UHGV virus genome: UHGV-1352853
Length of the DNA: 64,000 bases
Direction: 5' to 3' (one strand)
Source of the DNA: a virus
Every line of letters starts with the position of its first letter. Within the stretch, counting starts at the first letter, position 1. The translations under genes were made by a program, and so were the position numbers. Below the pieces are notes generated by a model. The model was not told the DNA's origin and searched no databases. It saw only the letters and a program-made list of their open reading frames with translations. Below, in pieces: positions 26,312 to 37,235 of the stretch.

Positions 26312-28584
26312 ACTCTCATAACCCATTTAACACGGGCAGTAACGGTTGCTCCAATGACTTTTGCTCTGCTGACCCATTGGTAGATCGAATCATTGGGGAT
26401 GCCTACCACGTAGTTAAGGAAGTTTATCTAGCACTGGATAACCTTACTTACATCTATAACTACCTACAGAAATATGGATTGATTATTACTGTAGATAGTG
26501 AAGAAGCAATCAAGGATATTCCCTTATCCATTGGGAAGTTTGCCCGTGTCTACAATAAGTCTGAGTCAGTTGGTTACTACTTTACTGACTATCTTTATGT
26601 AGATGATGATACCAGTGGCATTAGACCAAATGAACCAGGTGCTACTGGTTCTTGGGTTAGTACCAAAGCTACTGGTTCCAATGCCTCGTTTGTTCGCATT
26701 TGGAAATATCGGGCCGAGACTGATGGTGTTACGTCTATAAAGCTACCCACGGATGTTCCAATTGTTGGGGTGCAGACTATTTACGTGGAGGGGGTAAGAC
26801 AGGATATCAATGAAGGTTTTTCCTACAATGAGGGTACTGCTACAATCACACTGGCTGACTCCTTAGAAGTTGGTAATCTGGTTACAGTTATTATAGGTGT
26901 AAATGACCCAGATATGGATGTGGATGTTTTCGCTATACTTAAGAATAGTGATGGTGCATCTAATATCGGTACTCAGTCTGGGGAAACTGTACAACAAGTT
27001 ATCGACAGAAATTATGCGAATTTACGTGAGCATTGGCGTCGTCAACTTGCAGAAGCTGGCCTTAACCTTGTCGATGGTAGTTTTGAATATGGGGCTGAAG
27101 TGAGTACCCCCACGGATGCTGTTTGGCATATTGCTGAGGGTCAGTGCTATACGTGGGGGGGTTCACTGCCTAAATCTGTACCTGTAAATTCTAATCCAGA
27201 GAACTCTGGTGGAATTTCAGAAGACGGATGGAATAGTGTGACCTCTCAGTCAACACTGACGGTACTGGCTAAGTCTACTGGTGCACAGAAATCTGGGTAT
27301 CGTTATAGTGATGTTTACTCCGTACTCTCCCGGTTTATGGCATACCAGGATCATAATATAGCTCAACCGGCACTAGGCCGTGATGAATCAACAAACCAAA
27401 CCATTTGGGATGCACAATCACAACTTGACTTAAAGCATCGTGGGGGTATTTTCGCAGGCAAGGAAACATATGGTATCCGTGAAAATTCTACCGTAGCATC
27501 ATTCAGGGCTAACACAGGTACTGGTAGTGCATTTGTCCCTCAAGTAGCTGGAAGCGACGACCTTGCTGTGCTTGCACAAGCAGGTGCTCTTGATAGCGTA
27601 GCTGTTTTCGCTGACACATGGTTAGGCGAATATAACTCATGGGAAGATATTGCTACAGCAAACTATACCGCAACTAGTTTTACCGTTAGCGATGCTTCAT
27701 TGCTTGAAAAGGTGAAAGTTGGTCAGTTTCTGATGACCAAACATTCGCCAAAATATGTTGGTCTGGTGACTGGTATTTCAGGTGCTACTGTAACTGTCCA
27801 GAAATGGGTTATTTATGGAACTTCAACAGTAGGAACGCCAGCTGATGGGGTCGGGTTGTATGTAAACCCTGTTACAAAAGGCTGGGCATTTAATGGAAAT
27901 GTTCTGATTGGTCCAAATTCACGTGCAGAAAAATGTGCACTTATGGAACTGGGATTACAGAATAATGGACGAGCTGACTTGGCATTACTTACAGGTGCTG
28001 ATGTTGTCCTGCTTGACGGCACTTACGGTGGTGGCGATGCTTACCGAGGACGTGGTACTAGTGAGATAGCAAGATGGGATAATAACTTCCATGCCTATGC
28101 TGGTACTAAAACCAACTTTCGATCTTCTAATGGATCTGCTTCTTCAGTTTGTTCTATTGCTGCCTTTTATGAGGAAAGTGCATCAGCAATAGGTTTCCTT
28201 TTTGCTGGTAAGAACACCAATCGTTCCATGTCATTTAATAATGCCAATGGTGTAGAACAGACGGCATTAGCTCCTCATGGATTTGAGGTTAAAGGTGGGA
28301 AGGGACTGAGTACCGCAGTATCTGGAAGTGTAGTTACTGCTGGTGGTAAAGTTGTAATACAAAACTCATCAGCATTCGCTCTAGTGCTGCCGGACGCCAG
28401 TAATTTTACAGCTGGCCGAGAAATCCACTTTATCGTTACTGGTGTTAGCCCTATCACTATTACAAGTGCACAGTCTGGTGGCACTGTTAATGGTAATACC
28501 AGCATAATTATCACACCTACTTATGGCTACTCAGAGATGACTGCCACGTATGCAGGTGGTGGATTATGGTATGTGACAAGGTGA
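26302..28584 (+). CDS. tail appendage/fiber-like protein (N4 gp66 position)
   Basis: 760 aa, Gly/Thr/Ser-rich beta-type composition, synteny. Confidence 0.5.
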   Translation: MDMNSHNPFNTGSNGCSNDFCSADPLVDRIIGDAYHVVKEVYLALDNLTYIYNYLQKYGLIITVDSEEAIKDIPLSIGKFARVYNKSESVGYYFTDYLYVDDDTSGIRPNEPGATGSWVSTKATGSNASFVRIWKYRAETDGVTSIKLPTDVPIVGVQTIYVEGVRQDINEGFSYNEGTATITLADSLEVGNLVTVIIGVNDPDMDVDVFAILKNSDGASNIGTQSGETVQQVIDRNYANLREHWRRQLAEAGLNLVDGSFEYGAEVSTPTDAVWHIAEGQCYTWGGSLPKSVPVNSNPENSGGISEDGWNSVTSQSTLTVLAKSTGAQKSGYRYSDVYSVLSRFMAYQDHNIAQPALGRDESTNQTIWDAQSQLDLKHRGGIFAGKETYGIRENSTVASFRANTGTGSAFVPQVAGSDDLAVLAQAGALDSVAVFADTWLGEYNSWEDIATANYTATSFTVSDASLLEKVKVGQFLMTKHSPKYVGLVTGISGATVTVQKWVIYGTSTVGTPADGVGLYVNPVTKGWAFNGNVLIGPNSRAEKCALMELGLQNNGRADLALLTGADVVLLDGTYGGGDAYRGRGTSEIARWDNNFHAYAGTKTNFRSSNGSASSVCSIAAFYEESASAIGFLFAGKNTNRSMSFNNANGVEQTALAPHGFEVKGGKGLSTAVSGSVVTAGGKVVIQNSSAFALVLPDASNFTAGREIHFIVTGVSPITITSAQSGGTVNGNTSIIITPTYGYSEMTATYAGGGLWYVTR

Positions 28585-28617
28585 TACAAGCCCATAACTA
28601 ATTGAATAGTTATGAGC

Positions 28618-28645
28618 AAAACCCCGCTTCGGCGGGGTATTTTAA
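28618..28645 (+). terminator. intrinsic terminator (ACCCCGC-TTCG-GCGGGGT + ATTTT)
   Basis: GC stem with TTCG tetraloop and T-run after tail gene. Confidence 0.6.
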
Positions 28646-28668
28646 AACTACAACATGAGGATTATCCC

Positions 28669-30174
28669 ATGAATAAGATGTTTACCCAGCCTACTGGCCC
28701 AGTGACTAAACAGACCAACAAGCAAGCCATAGCTCGGTACTGTGGCATTAAGCAGTCAGAGGTGGGTTACCTTGGTAAAACAACCCCAGTTGGCTTATAT
28801 AAAGTATTGTATGATGCAGATACCCAAACTATATGGTTTAAGGGGGAAGCTTCTGGTACCCCTATTAGTTGGGTTGTATCAAATAACTCACTGGCTTTAG
28901 TTACTTCAGATGGGGAATTTAATCTAAAGTCAGCAGATCTTCGCCAAAACCTTGGCTCGGATAAAGGAACCTCTTTGGTAGCAAAACTAGGCGATAAACC
29001 TCTTGTCGCTGTTAGTTACTACAAAAATCAAGGGCTGTCTGACCAGGATGCTGTACAGACTGCATTTAATGAATCAAGTAATGTCCTTATAGATATTGAT
29101 GTTACTTTAACTGATTACATAACATTAGACCGTTCTCAGGAATGTTATGTAACTCGCTCCCCTGGCGTTGTTATTACAGGGCATGGTTACTTACCAAAGT
29201 TAAGAACCAACCCTGCTCATGTAGTAGAAACAGCAATACGTCATAATAAAACATCAGACCCAAATGCAACATCATATGACCGCGTTTACTCGCATCAAGC
29301 GTTTGCTGCGGAAATGGCTGTTACTGATGTTTTGTCTACCGCGTCATCTTCTGAAAACTTTGTCGCATTGTACTCAGGCATTGAGACATTTAATTGTGGT
29401 AAGCAGAGAATATGGGCTTTTAACTCTGTAACTAATGCGCATAACCTTTTAACTGGTGATGAAGTTTACGGTTATGAGTTGGATATGAATGTTGATGGAA
29501 CCCTTGATGGGGGTGGTCAATATGTAGGTTTGTACATCGCTGGTATTGGTGACCTCAGAACCTGTGCTAACGCTGATGGTATCCGTGTTCAGAGACTGCG
29601 AAATGGTGTTGATAAATGGCAATATGGGTTAAGAATTTTTGACTCTATGACTGGCATCAGCATCACGGACGCCTCAACATATTCTATTTTTGCAGGTGGT
29701 TCTGCTCCCATTGTCAGACGTAAGACAACTCAAGATGGTGGTTGGTCTTATATTCATTCCTTATCAACATCGTCGATAAAATGGGGTGTTGATGATTATG
29801 GTGACACATATTCCAGACGGCTGTACTTAGGTACTGGAGACGGTAAGTCTAAAAACAGGGTAAACCTGGATGGCGGGGTTAAGTATTATACAACTAACGC
29901 CGCAGTTGCATGGGGTGCTATTGCTGCAAATGCTTATGTAGATAAAGACATCACATCTCTCGTTGGCGTTTCCATCGCGGATTGGACAAACTACACAATA
30001 GATGTCTCCCCTATTGGGTATGGTGGTGCTATGCCGATTGTAGCGGTTCAGGCTTATATCAACAGCACTAAAACCCAGGCATATGTGAGGGTTATTAACA
30101 TCAGTGGAGCCGGGTTATCTTCATGCAACATTGGTTTAAACATTAAAGTTAGTGGACATTCGGCCACAAATTAA
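28669..30174 (+). CDS. tail sheath/receptor-binding-like protein (N4 gp65 position; start trimmed to MNKMF)
   Basis: GAGGA SD before ATG 28669; ORF-track start lies inside terminator hairpin; about 501 aa. Confidence 0.5.
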   Translation: MNKMFTQPTGPVTKQTNKQAIARYCGIKQSEVGYLGKTTPVGLYKVLYDADTQTIWFKGEASGTPISWVVSNNSLALVTSDGEFNLKSADLRQNLGSDKGTSLVAKLGDKPLVAVSYYKNQGLSDQDAVQTAFNESSNVLIDIDVTLTDYITLDRSQECYVTRSPGVVITGHGYLPKLRTNPAHVVETAIRHNKTSDPNATSYDRVYSHQAFAAEMAVTDVLSTASSSENFVALYSGIETFNCGKQRIWAFNSVTNAHNLLTGDEVYGYELDMNVDGTLDGGGQYVGLYIAGIGDLRTCANADGIRVQRLRNGVDKWQYGLRIFDSMTGISITDASTYSIFAGGSAPIVRRKTTQDGGWSYIHSLSTSSIKWGVDDYGDTYSRRLYLGTGDGKSKNRVNLDGGVKYYTTNAAVAWGAIAANAYVDKDITSLVGVSIADWTNYTIDVSPIGYGGAMPIVAVQAYINSTKTQAYVRVINISGAGLSSCNIGLNIKVSGHSATN

Positions 30175-30264
30175 GTGAGGAGTATATGTCAGGTGAATGA
30201 CGTAACTAACGTAGACAATTGGTAAAGCCACTGCTGTAAAAGTGCTACGTTAGTCTTTAAGCTA

Positions 30265-30289
30265 AAGCCCTCTAGGGGGCTTTTCTTCC
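30265..30289 (+). terminator. intrinsic terminator
   Basis: AAGCCCT-CTAG-GGGGCTT stem + TTTTCTTCC. Confidence 0.55.
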
Positions 30290-30349
30290 TTCCTAATCCA
30301 AACTTAAATAAGTATTATCTGTTGGTCAGACTCTTCTGATACGTCCCGT

Positions 30350-30715
30350 ATGGGTGTCACTACAAACAATAAGGACTTTCTCATGAGCGATGAATCGACT
30401 TCGGTTCTTCTTGCCCGATTGGAGGAAAGACTGGAAACATTATTTAAGAACCAAGAAAAGGAGGAGCGTTCCAAAGATAAACTGGAACAAACTCTATCTG
30501 GTTTAAGGGAGTCTGTTCAGCAAATGGAAGGTAGACTTAAAAACGTAGAGGATAGCCTTGCTAAGTCTGAACCCACTATCGAAGAGTTTATTACCATAAA
30601 GCATAAAGTTGCTGGTGCTGGAATTTTTGGTAAGTGGGTATGGGCTATAGCAGGTGCAATCATTGGTGTATTGGCTGCTGCAAGACGGGAGATATTCGCA
30701 TGGTTCGCAGGTTAA
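30350..30715 (+). CDS. coiled-coil protein with C-terminal TM anchor (lysis-associated, antiholin/holin-like?)
   Basis: heptad-rich N-terminus, C-terminal AGAGIFGKWVWAIAGAIIGVLAAA TM; overlaps start of holin ORF. Confidence 0.4.
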   Translation: MGVTTNNKDFLMSDESTSVLLARLEERLETLFKNQEKEERSKDKLEQTLSGLRESVQQMEGRLKNVEDSLAKSEPTIEEFITIKHKVAGAGIFGKWVWAIAGAIIGVLAAARREIFAWFAG

Positions 30716-30960
30716 AAAGAAAGATAGAGCTAGTACCTAATTGGAAGAAGTCCTGGAAATGGGCATCTGTTCAGATTAGTACGTTTGGTTTAATTCTGTT
30801 TTCTGCTGTAGATATCATCCAACCAATGGTGACGGGACTACCTCGTCACATCCTAGAAGACATTCCTCATGGTTCAAGTATTACAATCGCACTGTTTGCC
30901 TTAAACATCATAGGCAGACTAATACGATTTAAACCAAAGGTAGATTCTCATGAAAGCTAA
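30700..30960 (+). CDS. putative holin (2 TM, about 86 aa; start trimmed to MVRR)
   Basis: two hydrophobic helices (VQISTFGLILFSAV, ITIALFALNIIGRLI), charged C-terminus, immediately upstream of endolysin. Confidence 0.5.
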   Translation: MVRRLKRKIELVPNWKKSWKWASVQISTFGLILFSAVDIIQPMVTGLPRHILEDIPHGSSITIALFALNIIGRLIRFKPKVDSHES

Positions 30961-31585
30961 ACAGAAACTTGCTGCAAAAGGTGGTGCTGTGGGAGGAGTT
31001 GTCGCTGCTATCCTGGGGGCAGTGTTTTATATGGAGGGGGGATATGTAGATAATCCCCGTGACCCAGGTGGAGAAACTAATCATGGTATTACTCATGCAG
31101 TGGCTAAGACTCACAAAGAAGTTTTGGCTACTGAGTATGGTTGGGATGGTTCCATGAAAGGTTTATCTAAAGAGATGGCTGCTGAGATATACATTGATGA
31201 CTACGTACTTAAGCCTAACTTCGTAGCCTTCGCTGATATATCTCCTGCTGTAACACACAAACTGGTTGATGCTGGTGTTAACACAGGTGTAACCAGACCA
31301 GCTAAGTGGTTGCAGCAATCCCTCAATGAAATGTCCCGTAATGGCAAAGACTACCCTAAAATACAGGTTGATGGTAAAGTCGGTGCAAGTACTGTTAATG
31401 CATATAAAGCATTACAGAAAAAGCGAGGCAAAGTTGCAGCATGTCAGGTAATGATTAAGTTACTTGATGCTAAACAACTGAACCATTACACCTCATTAAA
31501 CATGCCGGATTTTACGTATGGTTGGGTAGCTAACCGAATTGGTAATGTACCGCTGGAGGCATGTAATGAAGATGCTAATCTCTAA
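30950..31585 (+). CDS. endolysin, N-acetylmuramidase (GH108-like, N4 gp61-like)
   Basis: EGGYVDNPRDPGGETNHGITH catalytic motif; 211 aa vs N4 gp61 208 aa. Confidence 0.8.
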   Translation: MKAKQKLAAKGGAVGGVVAAILGAVFYMEGGYVDNPRDPGGETNHGITHAVAKTHKEVLATEYGWDGSMKGLSKEMAAEIYIDDYVLKPNFVAFADISPAVTHKLVDAGVNTGVTRPAKWLQQSLNEMSRNGKDYPKIQVDGKVGASTVNAYKALQKKRGKVAACQVMIKLLDAKQLNHYTSLNMPDFTYGWVANRIGNVPLEACNEDANL

Positions 31586-32072
31586 AGGTTGGCCTTATCT
31601 TCTGGTGGTGGTCCTTGGGGCCACCATGTACTTTTGGGGCAATTCCAACGGACAGTCTACTGTTCAAAAGAGGTGGGATGACCAAAAGGCTGAAGACCTA
31701 AAGACAACGCAAAAATTGCAGGATAAATACAATGCTCTCCAAAGAAACCATAGTTATGAAGTCGGGATACTCACTTCCCGGTTGCAGACGGCTGAGAGTA
31801 ATTACGCAAGCGAGCTTGCTCGCGTTAGCAGTGATTATGACAGCCGGATGCAACAGTCTGAAAGACGAGCATCGGTATATAAACGTCAAGCCGAAGCCGG
31901 AACCCTTGAGTGCAGAAGTCTTGCAAGCCATGCAGCCAGACTCGACAACAGTCTTGAAGAAGGCAGACGTTTGGTTGAAGAACTCCGGGCAACTGTTAGA
32001 CTCCGTGACAACCAACTAATTGAGTTGGGTAAACAAATTCAGGCTGACCGTAAACTTTTTGAACAGGAATAA
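31539..32072 (+). CDS. i-spanin (Rz-like)
   Basis: N-terminal [18 protein letters not shown] then long coiled-coil periplasmic domain; contains embedded o-spanin ORF. Confidence 0.65.
   Translation: MVMYRWRHVMKMLISKGWPYLLVVVLGATMYFWGNSNGQSTVQKRWDDQKAEDLKTTQKLQDKYNALQRNHSYEVGILTSRLQTAESNYASELARVSSDYDSRMQQSERRASVYKRQAEAGTLECRSLASHAARLDNSLEEGRRLVEELRATVRLRDNQLIELGKQIQADRKLFEQE
31756..32019 (+). CDS. o-spanin (Rz1-like lipoprotein) embedded in +1 frame of i-spanin gene
   Basis: signal [21 protein letters not shown]|C lipobox, proline-rich mature region [11 protein letters not shown]; entirely inside Rz ORF. Confidence 0.6.
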   Translation: MKSGYSLPGCRRLRVITQASLLALAVIMTAGCNSLKDEHRYINVKPKPEPLSAEVLQAMQPDSTTVLKKADVWLKNSGQLLDSVTTN

Positions 32073-32074
32073 CT

Positions 32075-34345
32075 ATGGAACACCAAGACACTTTTAAGCC
32101 TTTACCAGACCCGGCTCAATCAGAGAAGTTAACGGACTGGAAGAAGGAACCAAGTATCCAATTACTGAAAGGTGATCTGGAATCTGCTAAACCTGCTCAC
32201 GATGCAATCATGGCACAGATTCGTGAGTGGAATGATCTTATGGAAGTTAAAGGTAAAGCTAAACCTCCAAAGGTTAAAGGACGTTCACAAGTCCAACCTA
32301 GACTGGTTCGCCGTCAGGCAGAATGGCGATATGCTCCATTGTCCGAACCATTCCTCTCTTCTAATAAACTCTTTAAGGTAACTCCGGTTACTTTTGAAGA
32401 TGAATTAGCTGCACGTCAAAATGAACTGGTTCTTAACTACCAATTCCGTACCCAGCTTAATAGAGTAAAGCTGGTAGATGATTACGTGCACAGTGTTGTG
32501 GATGATGGTACTGGTATTGCTCGTATTGGCTGGGAACGTAAGACTGTTAAGATTAAAACAGAAACTCCAGTATTCCAGTTGTATCCAATTGAGAACCAGG
32601 AACAAGCAGATGTTCTTCAACAGGCTCTACAGCTTCAGGCAGAAAATCCCCGTGAGTATGACGAGACAATGCCAGAGGATATTAAGGAAGCTGTTAACTA
32701 CTTTAATGAAACTGGTGAAGCTACTTATGCAATCCAGACTGGGGTTACTGAAGTAGAAGTAGAGAAAGCACTGGTTAACAGACCTACCGTTGAAATGCTT
32801 AATCCTAATAACGTAGTTATTGACCCAAGCTGTAATGGTGATTTGGATAAGGCTCTGTATGCAGTTATCTCCTTTGAGACATGCAAAGCAGACCTTATGA
32901 AAAACAAAGACCGTTATCACAACCTAGATAAAATTGACTGGGAAAGTTCTAGTCCTATTACTGACCCAGACCATGAAAGTAAAACCCCTAGCGACTTCCA
33001 GTTTAAGGATGCACTACGTAAGAAAGTAGTTGCTTATGAGTACTGGGGATTCTATGACATTAATGATGACGGTTCACTGGAACCAATTGTTGCTACCTGG
33101 ATTAGTTCTACTCTTATTCGTATGGAGAAAAACCCATTCCCTGATGGTAAGTTACCTTTGGTAGTTGTTCCCTACATGCCCCGTAAACGTGAACTCTTCG
33201 GTGAAGCTGATGCTGAATTGTTAGGAGATAACCAAGCAATTCTCGGTGCAACTATTCGTGGAATGATTGACCTGCTGGGTCGTAGTGCAAATGGTCAACG
33301 TGGTTATCCCAAGGGAATGTTGGATACCTTGAACCGTCGTCGATATGACGATGGACAAGACTATGAATATAACCCAATGCAGGGTAATCCTAGTCAGGCC
33401 ATTATGGAACATAAGTTCCCTGAGTTACCCCAGTCGGCAATAGTAATGACTCAGATGCAGAACCAGGAAGCTGAATCACTAACTGGTGTTAAAGCATTCT
33501 CTGGCGGTGTAACTGGTTCAGCTTACGGTGATGTGGCTGCTGGTATTCGAGGTGCACTTGATGCAGCATCCAAACGGGAAATGGCAATCCTACGTCGATT
33601 AGCTAAGGGTATGGCAGACATTGGTACTAAGATTTGTGCAATGAATGCTGTGTTCTTATCTGAGAAAGAAGTAGTACGTATTACTAATGAGCAGTATGTA
33701 GAAATTAACCGGGAAGACCTTAAAGGTAATTTCGATATTGAGGTTGATATTAATACTGCTGAAATTGATAACCAGAAATCCCAGGATTTGAGCTTCATGG
33801 TTCAAACATTAGGTAATACGGTGGACCAAACCATTACATTATCTCTTGTAGCAAAGATTGCAGAGCTTAAACGTATGCCAGACCTTGCTCATGAGTTACG
33901 TAATTGGAAACCACAACCAGATCCTATGGAAGAACAGCTTAAGCAGTTAGCAATTCAGAAAGCACAACTAGAGAATGAAGAGTTGAAAAGTAAGATTGCA
34001 CTTAATAATGCTAAGGCTAAAGAAGCTGCTTCCAGTGGTGACCTTAAAGATTTGGATTATCTGGAACAGGAATCTGGTACTAAACATGCCCGAGATATGG
34101 AAAAACAAAAAGCACAATCTCAAGGAAACCAAAACCTTCAGATAACTAAGGCATTGACAACACCCGTTAAAGAAGGGGAAACTACCCCCAACATATCTGC
34201 TGCTGTTGGATATAATACTTTGACTAACGGGAACTCTATACCAGAACGTGATTTAGCTGCTCAACAAGACCCGGCTTACTCACTTAGTTCCCAATACTAT
34301 GACCCTAGCCAAGACCCAGCATCGGCTCTTGGTATGAACCTATAA
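32075..34345 (+). CDS. portal protein (N4 gp59-like)
   Basis: 756 aa, position between lysis cassette and capsid genes, starts 3 nt after Rz stop. Confidence 0.75.
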   Translation: MEHQDTFKPLPDPAQSEKLTDWKKEPSIQLLKGDLESAKPAHDAIMAQIREWNDLMEVKGKAKPPKVKGRSQVQPRLVRRQAEWRYAPLSEPFLSSNKLFKVTPVTFEDELAARQNELVLNYQFRTQLNRVKLVDDYVHSVVDDGTGIARIGWERKTVKIKTETPVFQLYPIENQEQADVLQQALQLQAENPREYDETMPEDIKEAVNYFNETGEATYAIQTGVTEVEVEKALVNRPTVEMLNPNNVVIDPSCNGDLDKALYAVISFETCKADLMKNKDRYHNLDKIDWESSSPITDPDHESKTPSDFQFKDALRKKVVAYEYWGFYDINDDGSLEPIVATWISSTLIRMEKNPFPDGKLPLVVVPYMPRKRELFGEADAELLGDNQAILGATIRGMIDLLGRSANGQRGYPKGMLDTLNRRRYDDGQDYEYNPMQGNPSQAIMEHKFPELPQSAIVMTQMQNQEAESLTGVKAFSGGVTGSAYGDVAAGIRGALDAASKREMAILRRLAKGMADIGTKICAMNAVFLSEKEVVRITNEQYVEINREDLKGNFDIEVDINTAEIDNQKSQDLSFMVQTLGNTVDQTITLSLVAKIAELKRMPDLAHELRNWKPQPDPMEEQLKQLAIQKAQLENEELKSKIALNNAKAKEAASSGDLKDLDYLEQESGTKHARDMEKQKAQSQGNQNLQITKALTTPVKEGETTPNISAAVGYNTLTNGNSIPERDLAAQQDPAYSLSSQYYDPSQDPASALGMNL

Positions 34346-34358
34346 GGCAGACCTTCAC

Positions 34359-34703
34359 ATGAGTAAAGAATCAACAATCGCTGGACTGGAACATCGACTA
34401 GAAGCTGCTAAAGGTGCAGTTGCACATGCAGAAGATGTACGTAAACTTCTGGAGAATCCACTGTTCCGTAAAGTAATTCTTCGCCAGTTCTGCGTGGAAG
34501 ATTGTGCACGTTACGTGCAAGAGTCTGGTGACCCACTGCTTGAACCTAATAACCGTGCAGATGCATTGAACATGGCTCAAGCTGCTGGTCACTTACGTCG
34601 TTGGCTCGACCTCGCCATTCGTATGGGCGAAAACGAAGCTGACGTTATTCTACAGGTAGAAGAAGAACTCGATGCAGTTCGTGCTGAACCTGAAGACGAA
34701 TAA
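34359..34703 (+). CDS. hypothetical head-morphogenesis protein (114 aa)
   Basis: synteny. Confidence 0.4.
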   Translation: MSKESTIAGLEHRLEAAKGAVAHAEDVRKLLENPLFRKVILRQFCVEDCARYVQESGDPLLEPNNRADALNMAQAAGHLRRWLDLAIRMGENEADVILQVEEELDAVRAEPEDE

Positions 34704-34722
34704 TTAACCGGAGATATTTCCT

Positions 34723-35943
34723 ATGACTACGGAAGCTGCAACCACAGCTTCCGACATTCTCGCAATGTCGGATGATGAGATTCTGAATATGGAAGCCCCA
34801 GCAGTTATCGCTGAGGAAGACACTTCCACTCAGAACAACCCTGAAACCAACGGCGTACAGACTCCTGATGAAGAAGTTGACCCACCTGCTGTTGAAGACC
34901 AACCAACCGAAGAAACCTCCCCAGAAGCCGAACCAGGCGAAGAAGATTCAGCAAATACTTTAACTTCTGATAAAGTTGATGATAAAGTTATTGACACAGA
35001 AGTTGATAGTAACGGCGAGCCGATTACTAAAGCTGAACCTTCTACTACTGAACCAGGCCAGGAACAGAAAGAAGAAGGCAAACAGTCTGAAGGTCTGCCT
35101 GCTGACTTCAACTATAAGGAAGGTTATGAGAAGTTGATGGCTCCTTTTAAAGCTAACGGCAAAATGATTACTCCCCGTTCACCGGAGGAGGCCATTAGCC
35201 TGATGCAGATGGGTGCTAACTATACTCGTAAGATGCAAGAACTTCAGCCATACCGTAAGGTAATGCTGATGTTACAGAACAACGGCTTAATGGATGAGGA
35301 CAAACTTTCTTTCCTGATTGATCTGGATAAAAAGAATCCGGAAGCCATTAAGAAGTTGCTCAAAGACTCTGGTACAGACCCTCTGGACTTTAACCCAGAT
35401 GAGGAAATTAACTACCAGGGTGGCAATCACCGTGTTACCGACACCGAAGCAGATTTTGCAACCGAAATTGACGACTTAAAGTCTACTCAAGAAGGACAAG
35501 CTACATTAGGTGTTATTAGCTCAACATGGGATGCTGTCAGTAAAGATGCTCTTTACCAGAACCGTGGCCTACTTCAGACTATTCACGAACAGCGTGAGAA
35601 TGGTATTTATGACACCATTGCAAACGAAGTGAATCGTCTCCAGATGTTAGGTCAGATTCCGGTTGGTACTCCGTTTATTCAGGCTTACAACCACGTCGGT
35701 AACCTTCTTGCACAGCAAGGAGCATTTAACCGAGTGGCTAAGCCTGAACCGGTACAAACAGTTAAACCAGTGGTTCAGCCGGTAGTGCGTGTAGCACAGC
35801 CTAAGCAGACTCTGGCTAACAGTGAGCAAGCTAAGGCAGCTTCCCTTAATCGAGCTGCTACACGTAAAGCAACACCTATTGTAAACCCACTCGCTATGAG
35901 TGATGAAGATTTCGCTAAACTCCCAGTACCGGGTAGTCTTTAA
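34723..35943 (+). CDS. scaffolding-like protein (acidic, low-complexity N-terminus; N4 gp57 position)
   Basis: strongly acidic Pro/Glu-rich N-terminal 130 aa, helical remainder, directly upstream of MCP. Confidence 0.45.
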   Translation: MTTEAATTASDILAMSDDEILNMEAPAVIAEEDTSTQNNPETNGVQTPDEEVDPPAVEDQPTEETSPEAEPGEEDSANTLTSDKVDDKVIDTEVDSNGEPITKAEPSTTEPGQEQKEEGKQSEGLPADFNYKEGYEKLMAPFKANGKMITPRSPEEAISLMQMGANYTRKMQELQPYRKVMLMLQNNGLMDEDKLSFLIDLDKKNPEAIKKLLKDSGTDPLDFNPDEEINYQGGNHRVTDTEADFATEIDDLKSTQEGQATLGVISSTWDAVSKDALYQNRGLLQTIHEQRENGIYDTIANEVNRLQMLGQIPVGTPFIQAYNHVGNLLAQQGAFNRVAKPEPVQTVKPVVQPVVRVAQPKQTLANSEQAKAASLNRAATRKATPIVNPLAMSDEDFAKLPVPGSL

Positions 35944-35959
35944 ACAGGAATAAGATGAT

Positions 35960-37162
35960 ATGTTAAACTATAACGCTCCAGTTGACGGTCAGAAATCTAG
36001 CATTGATGGTGCTGGTTCCGACCAGATGAATACCTTTTATTGGCTGAAGAAAGCTATTATTCAGTCCCGTAAAGACCAGTACTTCATGCCACTGGCTAAC
36101 ACTATTAACATGCCTAAGAACTACGGTAAGACTGTTAAGGTGTATGAGTACGTTCCACTGCTTGATGATAAGAACATTAACGACCAGGGTATCGATGCTA
36201 ATGGTGCTACCATCGTTAATGGTAACCTGTATGGTTCTTCTAAAGACGTCGGTAACATCACTTCTAAACTGCCTCTGCTGACAGAGAATGGTGGTCGTGT
36301 TAACCGTGTAGGTTTTACTCGTCTGTCTCGTGAAGGTTCCATCCATAAGTTCGGTTTCTTCTACGAATTTACACAAGAGTCTCTGGACTTTGATTCTGAT
36401 GACCAACTGAAAGAACATCTGTCACGCGAACTGATGAATGGTGCTGTGCAGTTGACTGAAGCCGTTCTCCAGAAAGACCTGCTGGCTGCTGCTGGTACTG
36501 TACTGTATGCAGGTGCTGCTACCTCCGATGCCACCATCACTGGTGAAACTTCTACCCCGTCTGTAGTTTCTTATAAGAACCTGATGCGTCTTGACCAGAT
36601 TCTCACTGAGAACCGTACCCCGACTCAGACTACTATCATCACTGGTTCTAAACTGACTGATACTAAAGTACTTGGTGGTACTCGTGTAATGTATGTTGGT
36701 TCTGAATTGGTTCCAGAATTGAAAGCGATGAAAGACCTGTTCGGTAACAAAGCATTCATTGAAATTCAGCACTATGCTGATGCTGGTACTCTGATGAATG
36801 GTGAAGTTGGTTGTATCGATAAGTTCCGTATTATCCAGGTTCCAGAGATGCTGCATTGGGCAGGTGCAGGTGCTCAAGCTACTTCTAACCCGGGCTACCG
36901 TTCCTCTATGGTTAATGGTCAGGAACACTACGACGTATTCCCGATGCTGGTAGTTGGTGATGATTCCTTCTCTACCATTGGCTTCCAGACTGACGGTAAG
37001 TCCGTTAAGTTCTCTATTATGACTAAGATGCCTGGTCGAGAAACTGCTGACCGTAATGACCCGTATGGTGAAACTGGCTTCAGTTCTATCAAGTGGTACT
37101 ACGGTATCCTGGTTAAACGCCCAGAACGTCTGGCTATGATTAAGACTGTTGCTCCTCTGTAA
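35960..37162 (+). CDS. major capsid protein (N4 gp56-like)
   Basis: 400 aa vs 401 aa in N4, followed by strong stem-loop, highest codon-bias-like composition, synteny. Confidence 0.75.
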   Translation: MLNYNAPVDGQKSSIDGAGSDQMNTFYWLKKAIIQSRKDQYFMPLANTINMPKNYGKTVKVYEYVPLLDDKNINDQGIDANGATIVNGNLYGSSKDVGNITSKLPLLTENGGRVNRVGFTRLSREGSIHKFGFFYEFTQESLDFDSDDQLKEHLSRELMNGAVQLTEAVLQKDLLAAAGTVLYAGAATSDATITGETSTPSVVSYKNLMRLDQILTENRTPTQTTIITGSKLTDTKVLGGTRVMYVGSELVPELKAMKDLFGNKAFIEIQHYADAGTLMNGEVGCIDKFRIIQVPEMLHWAGAGAQATSNPGYRSSMVNGQEHYDVFPMLVVGDDSFSTIGFQTDGKSVKFSIMTKMPGRETADRNDPYGETGFSSIKWYYGILVKRPERLAMIKTVAPL

Positions 37163-37180
37163 TAGTCCGAAATAAAACAA

Positions 37181-37198
37181 GGGGGACATTAGTCCCCC
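37181..37198 (+). terminator. stem-loop after MCP gene (GGGGGAC-ATTA-GTCCCCC), weak/attenuating terminator
   Basis: 7-bp G/C stem; no strong T-run. Confidence 0.35.
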
Positions 37199-37235
37199 TC
37201 TTAACAAAATTAGTTGAACCACAGGAAATATTAAC

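Noticed and set aside
28612-28668. ORF-track start (MSKTPLRR...) of the gp65-position gene
   Set aside because: These codons are the ACCCCGC-TTCG-GCGGGGT terminator of the upstream gene. The start was moved to ATG 28669, which has a GAGGA SD.
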